The notes under the pieces: model-generated | The model's input: only the letters and a program-made list of their open reading frames with translations | What the model was told of the DNA's origin: nothing | Database searches by the model: none | Origin: a virus | Taxonomy: Duplodnaviria > Caudoviricetes | Length of the DNA stretch: 61,401 nt | Direction: 5' to 3' (one strand) | IMG/VR virus record: IMGVR_UViG_3300036805_000115 | Span: 1 to 61,401 of that record | Program-made: the position numbers and the translations under genes | Shown here: positions 11,322 to 20,302 of the stretch, piece by piece | Numbering within the stretch: the first letter of the stretch is position 1 | Layout of the letters: each line of letters starts with the position of its first letter

Positions 11322-11711
11322 TGGACCGTCAACCGCCCGCTCCGATGGAGTGGCATCCGGCGTACCGCGAGCAAACCTGGCTGCTCGACTGGCTCGATGG
11401 CAAGCTATTCGGCGGCGGCCCGAGCGTGAATGTTCCGCTCGGCCGCAGGCCTCGCCTGGTCCTTCACGAGCCGAGCCTGGATGAGTTGCTGGCCGAGCAG
11501 CCGGACAGGATCACACTTCAGCGACAGAAGGCGCACGGCAAGGCGCCTTACGTCGGCCGCCCCTTCGTCTACGTGTGGCATTGTGCGACAGACAACCTGG
11601 GGCGCGGCATCGCAGGTGAGTCCAAGATCGTGTACACCGACGATGGGTTCTTCCATGACGACCCGTACGCCGTGCCCGAGGTGACGTGACACGCCGTGAC
11701 GCCGTGATCAT

Positions 11712-11740
11712 TGGACAACGCCCTGACCTGCGTGCAAGAT
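11712..11740 (+). promoter_or_regulatory. Sigma70-like promoter upstream of the tRNA
   Basis: TGGACA-N17-CAAGAT. Confidence 0.45.
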
Positions 11741-11780
11741 GTGCACCATCATCATGACCTTCGTGTCTCCGATGACCCAT

Positions 11781-11854
11781 CGCACCGTGGAGCAGTTCGG
11801 TAGCTCGCTGGGCTCATAACCCAAAGGTCGTCGGTTCGAATCCGACCGGTGCCA
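11781..11854 (+). tRNA. tRNA-fMet (initiator, anticodon CAT), no encoded CCA
   Basis: Full cloverleaf; C1:C72 mismatch, A11:U24 pair, three G:C pairs in the anticodon stem, loop CTCATAA, T-loop TTCGAAT. Confidence 0.92.
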
Positions 11855-11940
11855 CGGTTGCCGGTTCAAGTCCGGCCAGTCGTGAAGCTTCGCGTAGCTG
11901 ATGGCTGTAGCTCAACCCCGGGCTGAGACGCAACCCAGGT
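11855..11940 (+). ncRNA. Circularly permuted tRNA-like RNA (YrlA-like)
   Basis: T-arm GCCGG-TTCAAGT-CCGGC, then 7-bp acceptor-like stem CAGTCGT/ATGGCTG closed by a loop, then TAGCTCAA D-arm start; GGTTG/CAACC closing stem. Confidence 0.65.
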
Positions 11941-12357
11941 TGACAACGCTTCGAAGGGTAGCCGTGAGCGAAATCAACGAGGTTAAGGCGCAAGAGCAGC
12001 AGATCGAGCATCTGCACCTCGACCACGACGCAATGCTCCGCCGCCATGTCGAAGAAGTCCGGGGCCTCCTGGTCAAGATCTCTGGCGCCCATCAGCGCCT
12101 GAGCGACCTCAAGGCTGCCTTATGCGCCTGATCCGACGCTTCATCACCCGCTTCCACCGGAAGCCCCGCAAAGTGGGCCTGATGCAGTTCCTTCCTGCCG
12201 ACCATCGCCCGTACGCGCCCGCGCCGCTCCTGTCCGACGAGCAGCACGCCGAATTCATCCGGTACCTCACCAAGCGCTACGGGACACACGGCTGGTACGA
12301 CCAGGGCGGCGTCGGCAAGCCAATCCAGGTCGACGCCCTGAACGAATTGCCGCCGCT

Positions 12358-12651
12358 GTGACCAGCTACGCCCAGGGCGGCCACATCACCGGAGTACAGG
12401 GCAACCTCGACCCCATCCAGATCGACGCCCTCCAGATCCTCCACCTCGAACCGGGCGATGTGCTCGCCGTGAAGTTCGACCGGCCGCTGAGCCTGCAAGA
12501 AGCCCACGACGTGCGCGAGCAGGTCAAGCGCCTCCTACCGGACAACGAGGTGATGGTGCTCGACAAGGGCATCGAACTCACCGCCATCCGGTCCGAAGAC
12601 GTCAAGCGCGAACCGCCAGCGGATACGAGCTGGGTCGAGTTCGAGGGCTGA
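12358..12651 (+). CDS. Hypothetical protein, paralog of 13619..13843
   Basis: Shared HLEPGDVLAV...LP.(N/H)EV motif. Confidence 0.55.
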   Translation: MTSYAQGGHITGVQGNLDPIQIDALQILHLEPGDVLAVKFDRPLSLQEAHDVREQVKRLLPDNEVMVLDKGIELTAIRSEDVKREPPADTSWVEFEG

Positions 12652-13001
12652 TGTCCCGTTCGGCTGGCCGCAAGTCCGACCGTGCGTGGCGTCTCCTCGC
12701 CGAACAGGTCTACCGGGATGAGCGGGACTGCTGGCTCTGTGGCGGCTACGTGGACCAGAGACTCGACTACCGGCATCCGATGAGCCGCACCGCCGACCAC
12801 CTCGTCCAGATCCAGCACGGCGGCCCCGAGCACGACCGAGGCAACGTCAGGTTGGCGCACATGGCACACAACACGGCCCGCAGCAACGCGTTGCGCGGTC
12901 TGGCCAAAGAGGACTGCGCCTGCTCTGTCGGCCGCCCCTGCGATGTCCTCGTCCCCAGCCAGAAGCGCGGGTATGTGGCGCTCGAACCTGGAGCGGTATG
13001 A
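12651..13001 (+). CDS. HNH endonuclease (packaging-associated)
   Basis: CWLCG...TADHLV...NVRLAHMAHN; upstream of the terminase genes. Confidence 0.85.
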   Translation: MSRSAGRKSDRAWRLLAEQVYRDERDCWLCGGYVDQRLDYRHPMSRTADHLVQIQHGGPEHDRGNVRLAHMAHNTARSNALRGLAKEDCACSVGRPCDVLVPSQKRGYVALEPGAV

Positions 13002-13021
13002 CTCGGCGCCGCCCCTCTTCG

Positions 13022-13327
13022 TCAGCGCTTGGCGTGGACCGCAGTAGCAGGGTTGGACTCGCGTGCAACGAATGCGAAATAGCTATCTACCTGGCTCTGT
13101 TCGTCAGGTGTCTCGGCGACCTGCTTGAGCCATGCATCCAGGGTCGGCCGCGTGACGCCGAGCGACGTGCTCACAACGGTCTTGGTGAGCCCTGCGCGAA
13201 CGGCTATCGCTGCGCTGACTCTTCGCCCACGTTCTGCTCGCGCGAGCTGCTCAAGGGCCTGGCCGACGTCGCTCGCTGTGCCTGTGAGTTCCTCGATGTA
13301 GAACTTGGTGTCGTCGGTGGTGTTCAT
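13022..13327 (-). CDS. Small HTH protein, antisense cassette
   Basis: AVRAGLTKTVVSTSLGVTRPTLDAWL; own RBS (GGAAGGA). Confidence 0.7.
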   Translation of the reverse strand: MNTTDDTKFYIEELTGTASDVGQALEQLARAERGRRVSAAIAVRAGLTKTVVSTSLGVTRPTLDAWLKQVAETPDEQSQVDSYFAFVARESNPATAVHAKR

Positions 13328-13347
13328 CGGTGCGTCCTTCCGTGATG

Positions 13348-13397
13348 CGTAAAGCGACTATACGTCCGATGATGGCTGGTTGTAAAGCGTCTTTACG
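13348..13397 (-). promoter_or_regulatory. Promoter with two palindromic operators
   Basis: Minus strand TTTACA-N18-TATAGT overlapped by CGTAAAGCGACTATACG and TGTAAAGCGTCTTTACG. Confidence 0.6.
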
Positions 13398-13618
13398 TTG
13401 GTACGTGGCGCTCGACCCGAGTGGAGTGTGAGCGTGCCCAAGTTCGCTGTCCTCATCGAGTACGACCTTCCCGCACTCGGACAGGCCGAGAGCTTCGAGG
13501 GCGCGGTGCAGCCCCTACTGGACGCCCTGCGGGCTCTGACCCCGATCCCGCCAGCGAGCGTGACCGCTTTCGCCAAGGACGCGGCCGAGCGAGTCATCGA
13601 AGCCGGGAAGGACTAACC

Positions 13619-13843
13619 GTGGCCGAGCCCGACGCGGACCCGATCATCGGGGTGGTCGACGCGATCACCCGTATCCACCTCGAACCGGGCGATGTGCTGG
13701 CCGTGCGCTGCCCCAACATCACGACGGAACAGGCGGCCCGGATCCGCACACACATGGCCACCCTGGTCCCAGGCCACGAGGTGATCGTGGTCCCCGAGGG
13801 CGTCGAGTTCGCGGCCATCACCAACGTGCAGCTACTGCCCTAG
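13619..13843 (+). CDS. Hypothetical protein, paralog of 12358..12651
   Basis: IHLEPGDVLAV; 31/32 nt identity with 12440..12471. Confidence 0.55.
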   Translation: MAEPDADPIIGVVDAITRIHLEPGDVLAVRCPNITTEQAARIRTHMATLVPGHEVIVVPEGVEFAAITNVQLLP

Positions 13844-13845
13844 CC

Positions 13846-14325
13846 GTGCACATCGTGGTCCTCGCTGGCCCACCATGCGCCGGCAAGACCACACTCGCTC
13901 ACCGCCTCGCACAGTCTGACGACGTGGTACTCGACTACGACGACATAGCCAGGGACATGGGCTCACCCGCCTGGCACATCCACCCCGAGCCATGGCGCAG
14001 CAGGGCTGAGGCAGCCATGCAAGCCCTCATAGCCCAAGCCCACGTCTACCCATCGGATGGCACAGCCTGGACGCTCAGGACCACACCCAGACCCGAGCAG
14101 CGCATGGCCATGGTCAGGCAGTGGCAGGCACAGGTGTACGTCCTCAACCCAGGCCAAGCCGAGTGCAGGCGCAGGGCACAGGCCAACGGCAGACCGACAG
14201 GTACAGCCAAGCGCATCGGTACCTGGTATTGGCAGTACCGACCATCATCCATCGACCTTGATGCATCGATGCTCGATCCCTCGTCGCCACGACGTGTGGT
14301 CATGGTCGACCCAAGGTCGGTCTGA
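13846..14325 (+). CDS. P-loop ATPase/nucleotide kinase-like protein
   Basis: IVVLAGPPCAGKTT Walker A; ECRRRAQANGRP lid-like motif. Confidence 0.75.
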   Translation: MHIVVLAGPPCAGKTTLAHRLAQSDDVVLDYDDIARDMGSPAWHIHPEPWRSRAEAAMQALIAQAHVYPSDGTAWTLRTTPRPEQRMAMVRQWQAQVYVLNPGQAECRRRAQANGRPTGTAKRIGTWYWQYRPSSIDLDASMLDPSSPRRVVMVDPRSV

Positions 14326-14521
14326 GGGTGGTTGCCAAGTAACGGATGATCACACAGTCCTGTGTGGACATGGCATAAGCCTCTGACCTGCAGGAATGAA
14401 GATCACAAGTGCAAGGCTCTGACCTGCGGAAACAGAAATGATCTTGGTTTTTATGGATCATGGTTGGTGACCTCGCTCCCACGGCTCCCTAAATCTCCCC
14501 CCGGAACGATCTTGGAGTGCC
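14326..14521. other. Probable cos/packaging region
   Basis: Non-coding, lower-GC gap directly before the small terminase of an HK97-type module with HNH; contains two CTCTGACCTGC repeats. Confidence 0.45.
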
Positions 14522-15067
14522 GTGATGGCTGACAAGAAAGCCGCGGTTCGCGCCAAGATGTACCGGGATCGGAAGCGCCGTCATGAGCAGGGCGATCATA
14601 CCTGCTGCGTGGTCGGGAACTGTGTGGTCGTCACGCCGGAATCCATCACGTCACCCGTGACGCCTGACGGGCCCGTGACAGGCCGAGAGGCCGTAGTCGA
14701 TGAGATGGGGCTCTCGGCGCGGGGTAGGCGGCTCTGGGACGAGATGACGGCAGGTAATGACCCGTCTCCGCTGCATCGGGAGATGCTGCTCGAAGCGTGC
14801 CGGATGGCGGACAGGCTTGAACGCCTTGACCGGCACCTGAAGGGCGAGGACTGGCTGCGGTTCTGGTCGCGCAACGACGACGGGACTCGCGTCGAGGTGA
14901 TCGTCGACAAGCTCCTGACGGAGGCGCGCGAGCTGCAGAGCGCGTTCCGGATGGCCGTCACGGATCTGGTGAAGGCTTTCCCGCCGAAGAAGGAGCCGAA
15001 GGGCGGTGGGGTGCTTGCTGACCTCGCCGCCAAGCGTGCTGCTCGGAGCGCTCAAACCGCGGGTTGA
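14522..15067 (+). CDS. Terminase small subunit
   Basis: GRRLWDEM...LLEACRMADRLERL...EAR motif; overlaps the large subunit. Confidence 0.8.
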   Translation: MMADKKAAVRAKMYRDRKRRHEQGDHTCCVVGNCVVVTPESITSPVTPDGPVTGREAVVDEMGLSARGRRLWDEMTAGNDPSPLHREMLLEACRMADRLERLDRHLKGEDWLRFWSRNDDGTRVEVIVDKLLTEARELQSAFRMAVTDLVKAFPPKKEPKGGGVLADLAAKRAARSAQTAG

Positions 15068-16541
15068 GTCGAAGCCGCCGAACATCGTCGGCTCGTTGGG
15101 TGATCTCGCGGTCGACCTGATGGAGGCGGCCGGCAAGCCGCTGGAACCATGGCAGCAGGAGAGCGTCAACCTGATGATGTCGACGCGCCCAGACGGCAAA
15201 TGGGCCTGCTACGAGTACTGCGAGTGGGTCGCGCGGCAGAACGGCAAGGGCGGTCTGGGTGAGGCCCGCGTCCTCACGGGGTTCTTCGTGCTCGGCGAGG
15301 AGCTGATCATCTGGTCGGCGCACGAGTACAAGACCGCGATGGAAGCGTTCCGCAAGATCCGGCGCCTGATCAGGAATCTCGGGACGACGCTGAGTCCCAC
15401 GCTGGTCGACATCGATGGCGTTCTGGTGAAGATCTCGAACACCAACGGCGAAGAGGGCTTCGAACGGCTCGACACCGAACAGCGGATCAAGTTTGTCGCC
15501 AGGTCGAAGAGCTCCGGCCGCGGCTTCTCGGGCGATGTGAATGTGATCGACGAAGCTTTCGCCTACACCCCGGAGCAGGCCGAGGCGCTGGGGCCGACGC
15601 TTATCGCCCGACCGAACGCCCAGATCATCTACTTGTCCTCACCGCCCTTGAAGGGCGACGAAGGCCAGGTCATGTACGAGCTAAAGGACCGTGCCGAGGC
15701 CGGCGGTGACGATTCACTGGGTTACCGCGACTGGGGTCTTGAGGGCGATCTCGACGACCGTGCGGTCGACATCGAGGACGTCCAGAACTGGGCGAAGTCA
15801 AACCCGGCCCTCGGTCTTGGCCGGGTGACGCTGGAGACGATTCGCCGGCTGCGGCGAATGCTGTCGGCGAACAACGGCCGGGGCTTCGCGCGCGAAGTGC
15901 TCGGACTGTGGCCGAAACGCATCACGGGCGGCGGCGCGATCGACATGGTGCAGTGGGCGAAGCTTCTCGATGGTGCCTCGCGGCGCGATGGTGACATCGC
16001 GATCGCGGTCGACATCGCCCCGGAGCGGGACTACGCGGCGATCGCGATGTACGGGATCCGCACGGACGGCTTCGGGCACCTGCAGATCGTCGACTACCGG
16101 CCTGGGACTGACTGGTTACTTGATCGGATCGTCGAATGGCGCGAGGCATTGGATCCGGTTGCGATAGGAATGGGTCGCGCGACCGCCGCATCGCTCGAGG
16201 TGGAATTGAAAAAGCTCGGCATCCAGCGTCCCGAGGTCCCCGAGGAGCCGCTACGCGGCGAACTCGCGGTGACCAACGCGACGGAGATGACCGCCGCGAC
16301 GGGCCAACTGCTGGATGCGGTGAGACAGAGCACCCTCCGGCACACCGGCCAGCAGGAGTTGGACGCCTCGGCCGCAGGCGCGAAGACGAAGGTGCTGGGT
16401 GACACGCTCGCGTGGGCTCGCAAGGACGCCTCCGCGGACACCTCGCCTCTGGTGGCGGTAACCCTGGCCCGCTGGGCATACGAATCGCGGGCCCATCTGG
16501 TGCAGAACGCGAACTACGACGTGATGGAGAGCGTGTACTAG
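15006..16541 (+). CDS. Terminase large subunit
   Basis: VARQNGKG Walker A, GRGFSGDVNVIDEA Walker B, C-terminal AVDIAP nuclease motif; exact start uncertain. Confidence 0.95.
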   Translation: MGCLLTSPPSVLLGALKPRVESKPPNIVGSLGDLAVDLMEAAGKPLEPWQQESVNLMMSTRPDGKWACYEYCEWVARQNGKGGLGEARVLTGFFVLGEELIIWSAHEYKTAMEAFRKIRRLIRNLGTTLSPTLVDIDGVLVKISNTNGEEGFERLDTEQRIKFVARSKSSGRGFSGDVNVIDEAFAYTPEQAEALGPTLIARPNAQIIYLSSPPLKGDEGQVMYELKDRAEAGGDDSLGYRDWGLEGDLDDRAVDIEDVQNWAKSNPALGLGRVTLETIRRLRRMLSANNGRGFAREVLGLWPKRITGGGAIDMVQWAKLLDGASRRDGDIAIAVDIAPERDYAAIAMYGIRTDGFGHLQIVDYRPGTDWLLDRIVEWREALDPVAIGMGRATAASLEVELKKLGIQRPEVPEEPLRGELAVTNATEMTAATGQLLDAVRQSTLRHTGQQELDASAAGAKTKVLGDTLAWARKDASADTSPLVAVTLARWAYESRAHLVQNANYDVMESVY

Positions 16542-16732
16542 TGCCCGCCCGGAAAGATCTGATCGTCGAATCGCTCGAGGTGCTGGCGCTGCTCCTGTTC
16601 GCCGCCGCGGTCGCCGGGGCGCTGTGGGCGATCTACTGGCCTGGGGGGCTGTGCGCCGCGGCGGGTGTCATCGCCGCCGGCGCGTGGTTGATGGATCGGC
16701 CGCCGAAGCAACCCAGGGACTCGAGTCAGTGA
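16541..16732 (+). CDS. Small membrane protein between terminase and portal
   Basis: Two hydrophobic helices; GTG overlaps the terminase TAG. Confidence 0.6.
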   Translation: MPARKDLIVESLEVLALLLFAAAVAGALWAIYWPGGLCAAAGVIAAGAWLMDRPPKQPRDSSQ

Positions 16733-16744
16733 GGGCGGTGAGGC

Positions 16745-17935
16745 ATGTCGCTGTTCCGCCGGACCAGCAACGTCTTCGGCCCCACGCCTGAGGTGATGGT
16801 CAACGCCCGCCGCGCGTTGAGTAAGCCGGGGATGCCTGTCGTCACGAGCGACACGGCGATGCGGCACTCGGCGGTGTGGGCGTGTCTGCGACTGCGGGCG
16901 AATCTTGTGTCGACGATGCCGGTGGACGTGTTCCGACGGGTGAACGGCGAGCAGATCGAGGTGCCGAAGCCGCCGGTTCTGGTCAACCCGGGCGGGGAGC
17001 GGGTGGAGCTGCAGGAGTGGCTGTACTCGTCTCAGGTAGATCTTGACCGCGGCGGGAACGCGTTCGGGTTGATCACCGAGCGGGACGGTGGCGGGTTGCC
17101 TCGCCGGATCGACCTCCAGCCGCTGGGTGAGTGTTCGTTCGTGGTGCGGGACGGCAAGGAGATGTACCGCATCGCGGGGAAGCTGTACGACCCGAAAGAC
17201 GTGTGGCACGAACGGCAGTACACCGTGTCGGGGCTTCCGGTGGGGTTGTCGCCGGTCGCGTACTCGGCGTGGTCGATCTCGGAATACCTGTCGATTCAGG
17301 ACTTCGCGCTGGACTGGTTCGGCAACGGCGGGGTTCCGCTCGCGCACCTGAAGAACGTTCAGAAGACGTTGACGTCGGAGCAGTCGAGCGCCGTCAAGGA
17401 ACGCTACAGCGCATCGGTCCGATCGGGGGAAATCTTCGTCACCGGCAGCGACTGGGAATACAACATGATCCAGGCTGAGCAGGCCGGATCGGCGTGGCTT
17501 GAGGCGAAACAGTTCTCCATCGGCGACATTGCCCGGTTCTTCGACTGCCCTGGTGATTTGATCGACGCCGCGGTGCAGTCGGGCAACATCACCTACGCGT
17601 CCATCACGCAACGGAACCTGCAGTTCCTGATCATGCATCTGGGGCCGGCGGTGATCCGGCGGGAAACCGCCCTCGGGCGGCTGTTGTCGAAGCCGCGGTA
17701 CGTGAAGCTCAACACCGATGCCTTGCTGCGTCTGGACCCGTTGACGCGCGCACAGATGATCAAAACGCAGATCGATGCACGCACCCGCACCCCCGACGAG
17801 GCGCGCGAGCTCGACAACCTCCCCGCGTTGACTCAGGAGCAGGTGGATCAGTTCCTCACGTTCTGGCCGCCGCGTGGTTCCACGGTCGAACCCGGCAGCG
17901 GACTTGAGTCCGTTGCACCAGTGAGCGCGCCGTAA
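16745..17935 (+). CDS. Portal protein (HK97 family)
   Basis: SAVWAC, GNAF, GLSPV, IARFF, TPDEARELDNLP. Confidence 0.95.
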   Translation: MSLFRRTSNVFGPTPEVMVNARRALSKPGMPVVTSDTAMRHSAVWACLRLRANLVSTMPVDVFRRVNGEQIEVPKPPVLVNPGGERVELQEWLYSSQVDLDRGGNAFGLITERDGGGLPRRIDLQPLGECSFVVRDGKEMYRIAGKLYDPKDVWHERQYTVSGLPVGLSPVAYSAWSISEYLSIQDFALDWFGNGGVPLAHLKNVQKTLTSEQSSAVKERYSASVRSGEIFVTGSDWEYNMIQAEQAGSAWLEAKQFSIGDIARFFDCPGDLIDAAVQSGNITYASITQRNLQFLIMHLGPAVIRRETALGRLLSKPRYVKLNTDALLRLDPLTRAQMIKTQIDARTRTPDEARELDNLPALTQEQVDQFLTFWPPRGSTVEPGSGLESVAPVSAP

Positions 17936-18717
17936 TGCTGAGCGAAGGAGTTAATCAGGTGGATCCCAATGTGCTCCAGCGCCGTGCGGCCGCGGTCACC
18001 GAGAATCCGGGCGAGATCCCGAACGGGGCGTGGCACCGCCAGCCCTTCTCGGCGCAGATGCGCGCCGAGACGGTGATCTGGAACGGTGCGGAGAAGGTCA
18101 AGCTCACCGGTAACGCCTCAGTGGTGGAGAAGGCATACCGGATGTATGACATGTTCGGCGAGTACGACGAGATCGTCGACCAGGGCGCTTTCGCGAAGAC
18201 GCTCTCCCGGAAGCCGGACGTGGCCTACCTGGTGAACCACTCCGGTGTCACCATGGCCCGCACCACCTCCGGGTCTCTGTTGCTCTCGGCGGACTCGCAG
18301 GGGCTGCAGACGGAGGCGTACGTCAACCCGAAACGGGTCGACGTGAACGACCTCCTGCTCGCCATCGAAGACCGCGACGTCACGGAAATGTCGTTCGCGT
18401 TCCGCATCATCGATGGCCAGTGGAACGACGACTACTCCGTGTTCCGGATCCTCGAGGTCGACCTCGACCGGGGTGACGTGTCCGCGGTGAACTACGGCGC
18501 CAACCCGTACACGTCGGTCGCGGCGAGGCAGACCGAGATCCTCAACGACCTGCAGCGGCTCCCGTCAGGTGCCCAACGTGCCGCGGTAGAGATGCTGCAG
18601 GAAACCCGCGAACGGCCCGTTGAGGATCCGCCCGCCGAGGTTCCAGAGGTTCCGGCATCCGAGGTCCCGCCGCAGGGACGGTCGATCCAACTGATCCAGG
18701 CCCTGCTCGAACTCTGA
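17935..18717 (+). CDS. Prohead protease (HK97 family)
   Basis: EIVDQGAF..L...YLVNH...EMSFAF...DVSAVNYGANP. Confidence 0.92.
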   Translation: MLSEGVNQVDPNVLQRRAAAVTENPGEIPNGAWHRQPFSAQMRAETVIWNGAEKVKLTGNASVVEKAYRMYDMFGEYDEIVDQGAFAKTLSRKPDVAYLVNHSGVTMARTTSGSLLLSADSQGLQTEAYVNPKRVDVNDLLLAIEDRDVTEMSFAFRIIDGQWNDDYSVFRILEVDLDRGDVSAVNYGANPYTSVAARQTEILNDLQRLPSGAQRAAVEMLQETRERPVEDPPAEVPEVPASEVPPQGRSIQLIQALLEL

Positions 18718-18733
18718 AAACTTCCCACGCTAA

Positions 18734-18832
18734 GCCGACACTCAGATCGGTAAGCGCGCGGATTGGTTCCACCAGTACGCCGACACTCAGATCGGTAACT
18801 GCCCCTCGCATGGACGGCACTCAGACCGGGAT
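18734..18832 (+). repeat. Three hairpins sharing the loop CACTCAGA in the capsid gene leader
   Basis: GCCGA-CACTCAGA-TCGGT at 18734 and 18779; CGG-CACTCAGA-CCG near 18815. Confidence 0.75.
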
Positions 18833-18878
18833 CGCGAGCCCACTGTCAACTTCTGCAACTCGAAAGGGAGGTTTCGTC

Positions 18879-20291
18879 GTGGTTATCGACGAAATCATCA
18901 CCAAGATCGAGGTGGAGCAGGACATGGCGACGAAGGCCCGCGACAAGGCCATCGCCGAAGTCCAGGCCATCGTGGCCTCGGCCACCCAGGAAGGCCGCTC
19001 CACCCTCACTCAGGACGAGGACGCGCGCGTCAAGGAACTGTTCGACATCAAGGAGCGCAAGGCCAACGACCTGGTTGGTATCGCCTCCAAGCTCGAGAAC
19101 GCCAAGCGCGCCAAGACCGCCGAGCTCGAGGTCACCACCAAGAGCGAAGAGCGCCATTCGACCGGTGTCGAGACCCGCAAGTACGACCAGGTCGCCCGGG
19201 TTGGCTCCGAGGAGCGCACCTACCACAAGGGCAGCGACCGCAAGGGTTCGCAGTTCGTGCGGGACGTCGCGAAGCAGTTCCTGTTCCGCGACCTCGAGGC
19301 CGAGCAGCGTCTCGTCCGGCACATGCAGGAGGAGCGCGTCGAGCGCGCGCAGTACCTCGCGCGTGCGGCCGGCACCGGTGCGTTCTCCGGTCTGGTGGTT
19401 CCGCAGTACCTGACGGACATGTACGCCCCTGCGGTGGCGAACCTCCGCCCGTTCGCGGACATCTGCAACCACCACGACCTCCCGTCGGAGGGCATGACGG
19501 TCAACATTTCCCGCATCACCACTGCTTCGTCGGTGGCGCTGCAGACGACGGAGAACACGGCCGTCTCCGAGACCGACATGGACGACACGCTCCTCACGGA
19601 GAACGTCCAGACCGCGTCGGGTCAGCAGACCCTGTCCCGGCAGGCACTCGAGCGCGGCACCGGCGTCGAGGAGGTCGCCTTGGGTGACCTGTTCAAGCGG
19701 TACGCCACCACGCTCGACAACACGCTGATCAACCAGGCCACGACCGGTTTGGCCGCGGTCGCGACGACCACGACCTACACCGACGCGTCGCCGACGGTCC
19801 CGGAGCTGTACCCGAAGCTCCTGGGTGCCGCGGCGGGCGTGGAGGCGGCGCTGCTGGGTCAGGCGGTCCCGTCGCACGTGATCATGCACTCCCGCCGGTG
19901 GTACTGGATGCAGTCGCAGGTCGGCCCGAACTGGCCGACGATCCAGCAGCCGGGTATCGATGTTCAGGCCGCTGGCGTGAACAACGCCGTCCGGTACGGC
20001 TCCGGCTCGCGCGGTGTTCTGCCGAACGGGATGTCGGCGGTGGTGGACAACAACGTGTCCACCGCGGGCGGCACGGGCACCAACGAGGACGCCATCTTCG
20101 TGGTGCCCCAGGACGAGTGCCACTTGTGGGAGGACCCGCAGGCGCCGGTGTTCATCCGGGCGGAGCAGGCCAAGGCCGCGAGCCTCGGTGTCCTGCTAGT
20201 CCTGTACGGGTACTTCGCCTACAGCTTGCGTCGCTACTCCGGTGGGATGCAGTCGATCACGGGCACCGGCCTCCAGCTCCCTGTCTTCTAG
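18879..20291 (+). CDS. Major capsid protein (HK97 fold, N-terminal delta domain)
   Basis: RBS GGGAGG; coiled-coil N-terminus, GLVVPQY motif; position after the protease. Confidence 0.92.
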   Translation: MVIDEIITKIEVEQDMATKARDKAIAEVQAIVASATQEGRSTLTQDEDARVKELFDIKERKANDLVGIASKLENAKRAKTAELEVTTKSEERHSTGVETRKYDQVARVGSEERTYHKGSDRKGSQFVRDVAKQFLFRDLEAEQRLVRHMQEERVERAQYLARAAGTGAFSGLVVPQYLTDMYAPAVANLRPFADICNHHDLPSEGMTVNISRITTASSVALQTTENTAVSETDMDDTLLTENVQTASGQQTLSRQALERGTGVEEVALGDLFKRYATTLDNTLINQATTGLAAVATTTTYTDASPTVPELYPKLLGAAAGVEAALLGQAVPSHVIMHSRRWYWMQSQVGPNWPTIQQPGIDVQAAGVNNAVRYGSGSRGVLPNGMSAVVDNNVSTAGGTGTNEDAIFVVPQDECHLWEDPQAPVFIRAEQAKAASLGVLLVLYGYFAYSLRRYSGGMQSITGTGLQLPVF

Positions 20292-20302
20292 ATCACCTAC
20301 CG

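Noticed and set aside
11855-12651. Ro60/Rsr or RtcB partner gene near the YrlA-like RNA
   Set aside because: Neighbouring ORFs are under 100 aa and no TROVE- or RtcB-like protein is recognisable anywhere in the window.
18734-18832. Mini CRISPR array
   Set aside because: Only two exact 20-nt repeats with short, unequal spacers and no cas genes; better explained as RNA hairpins.
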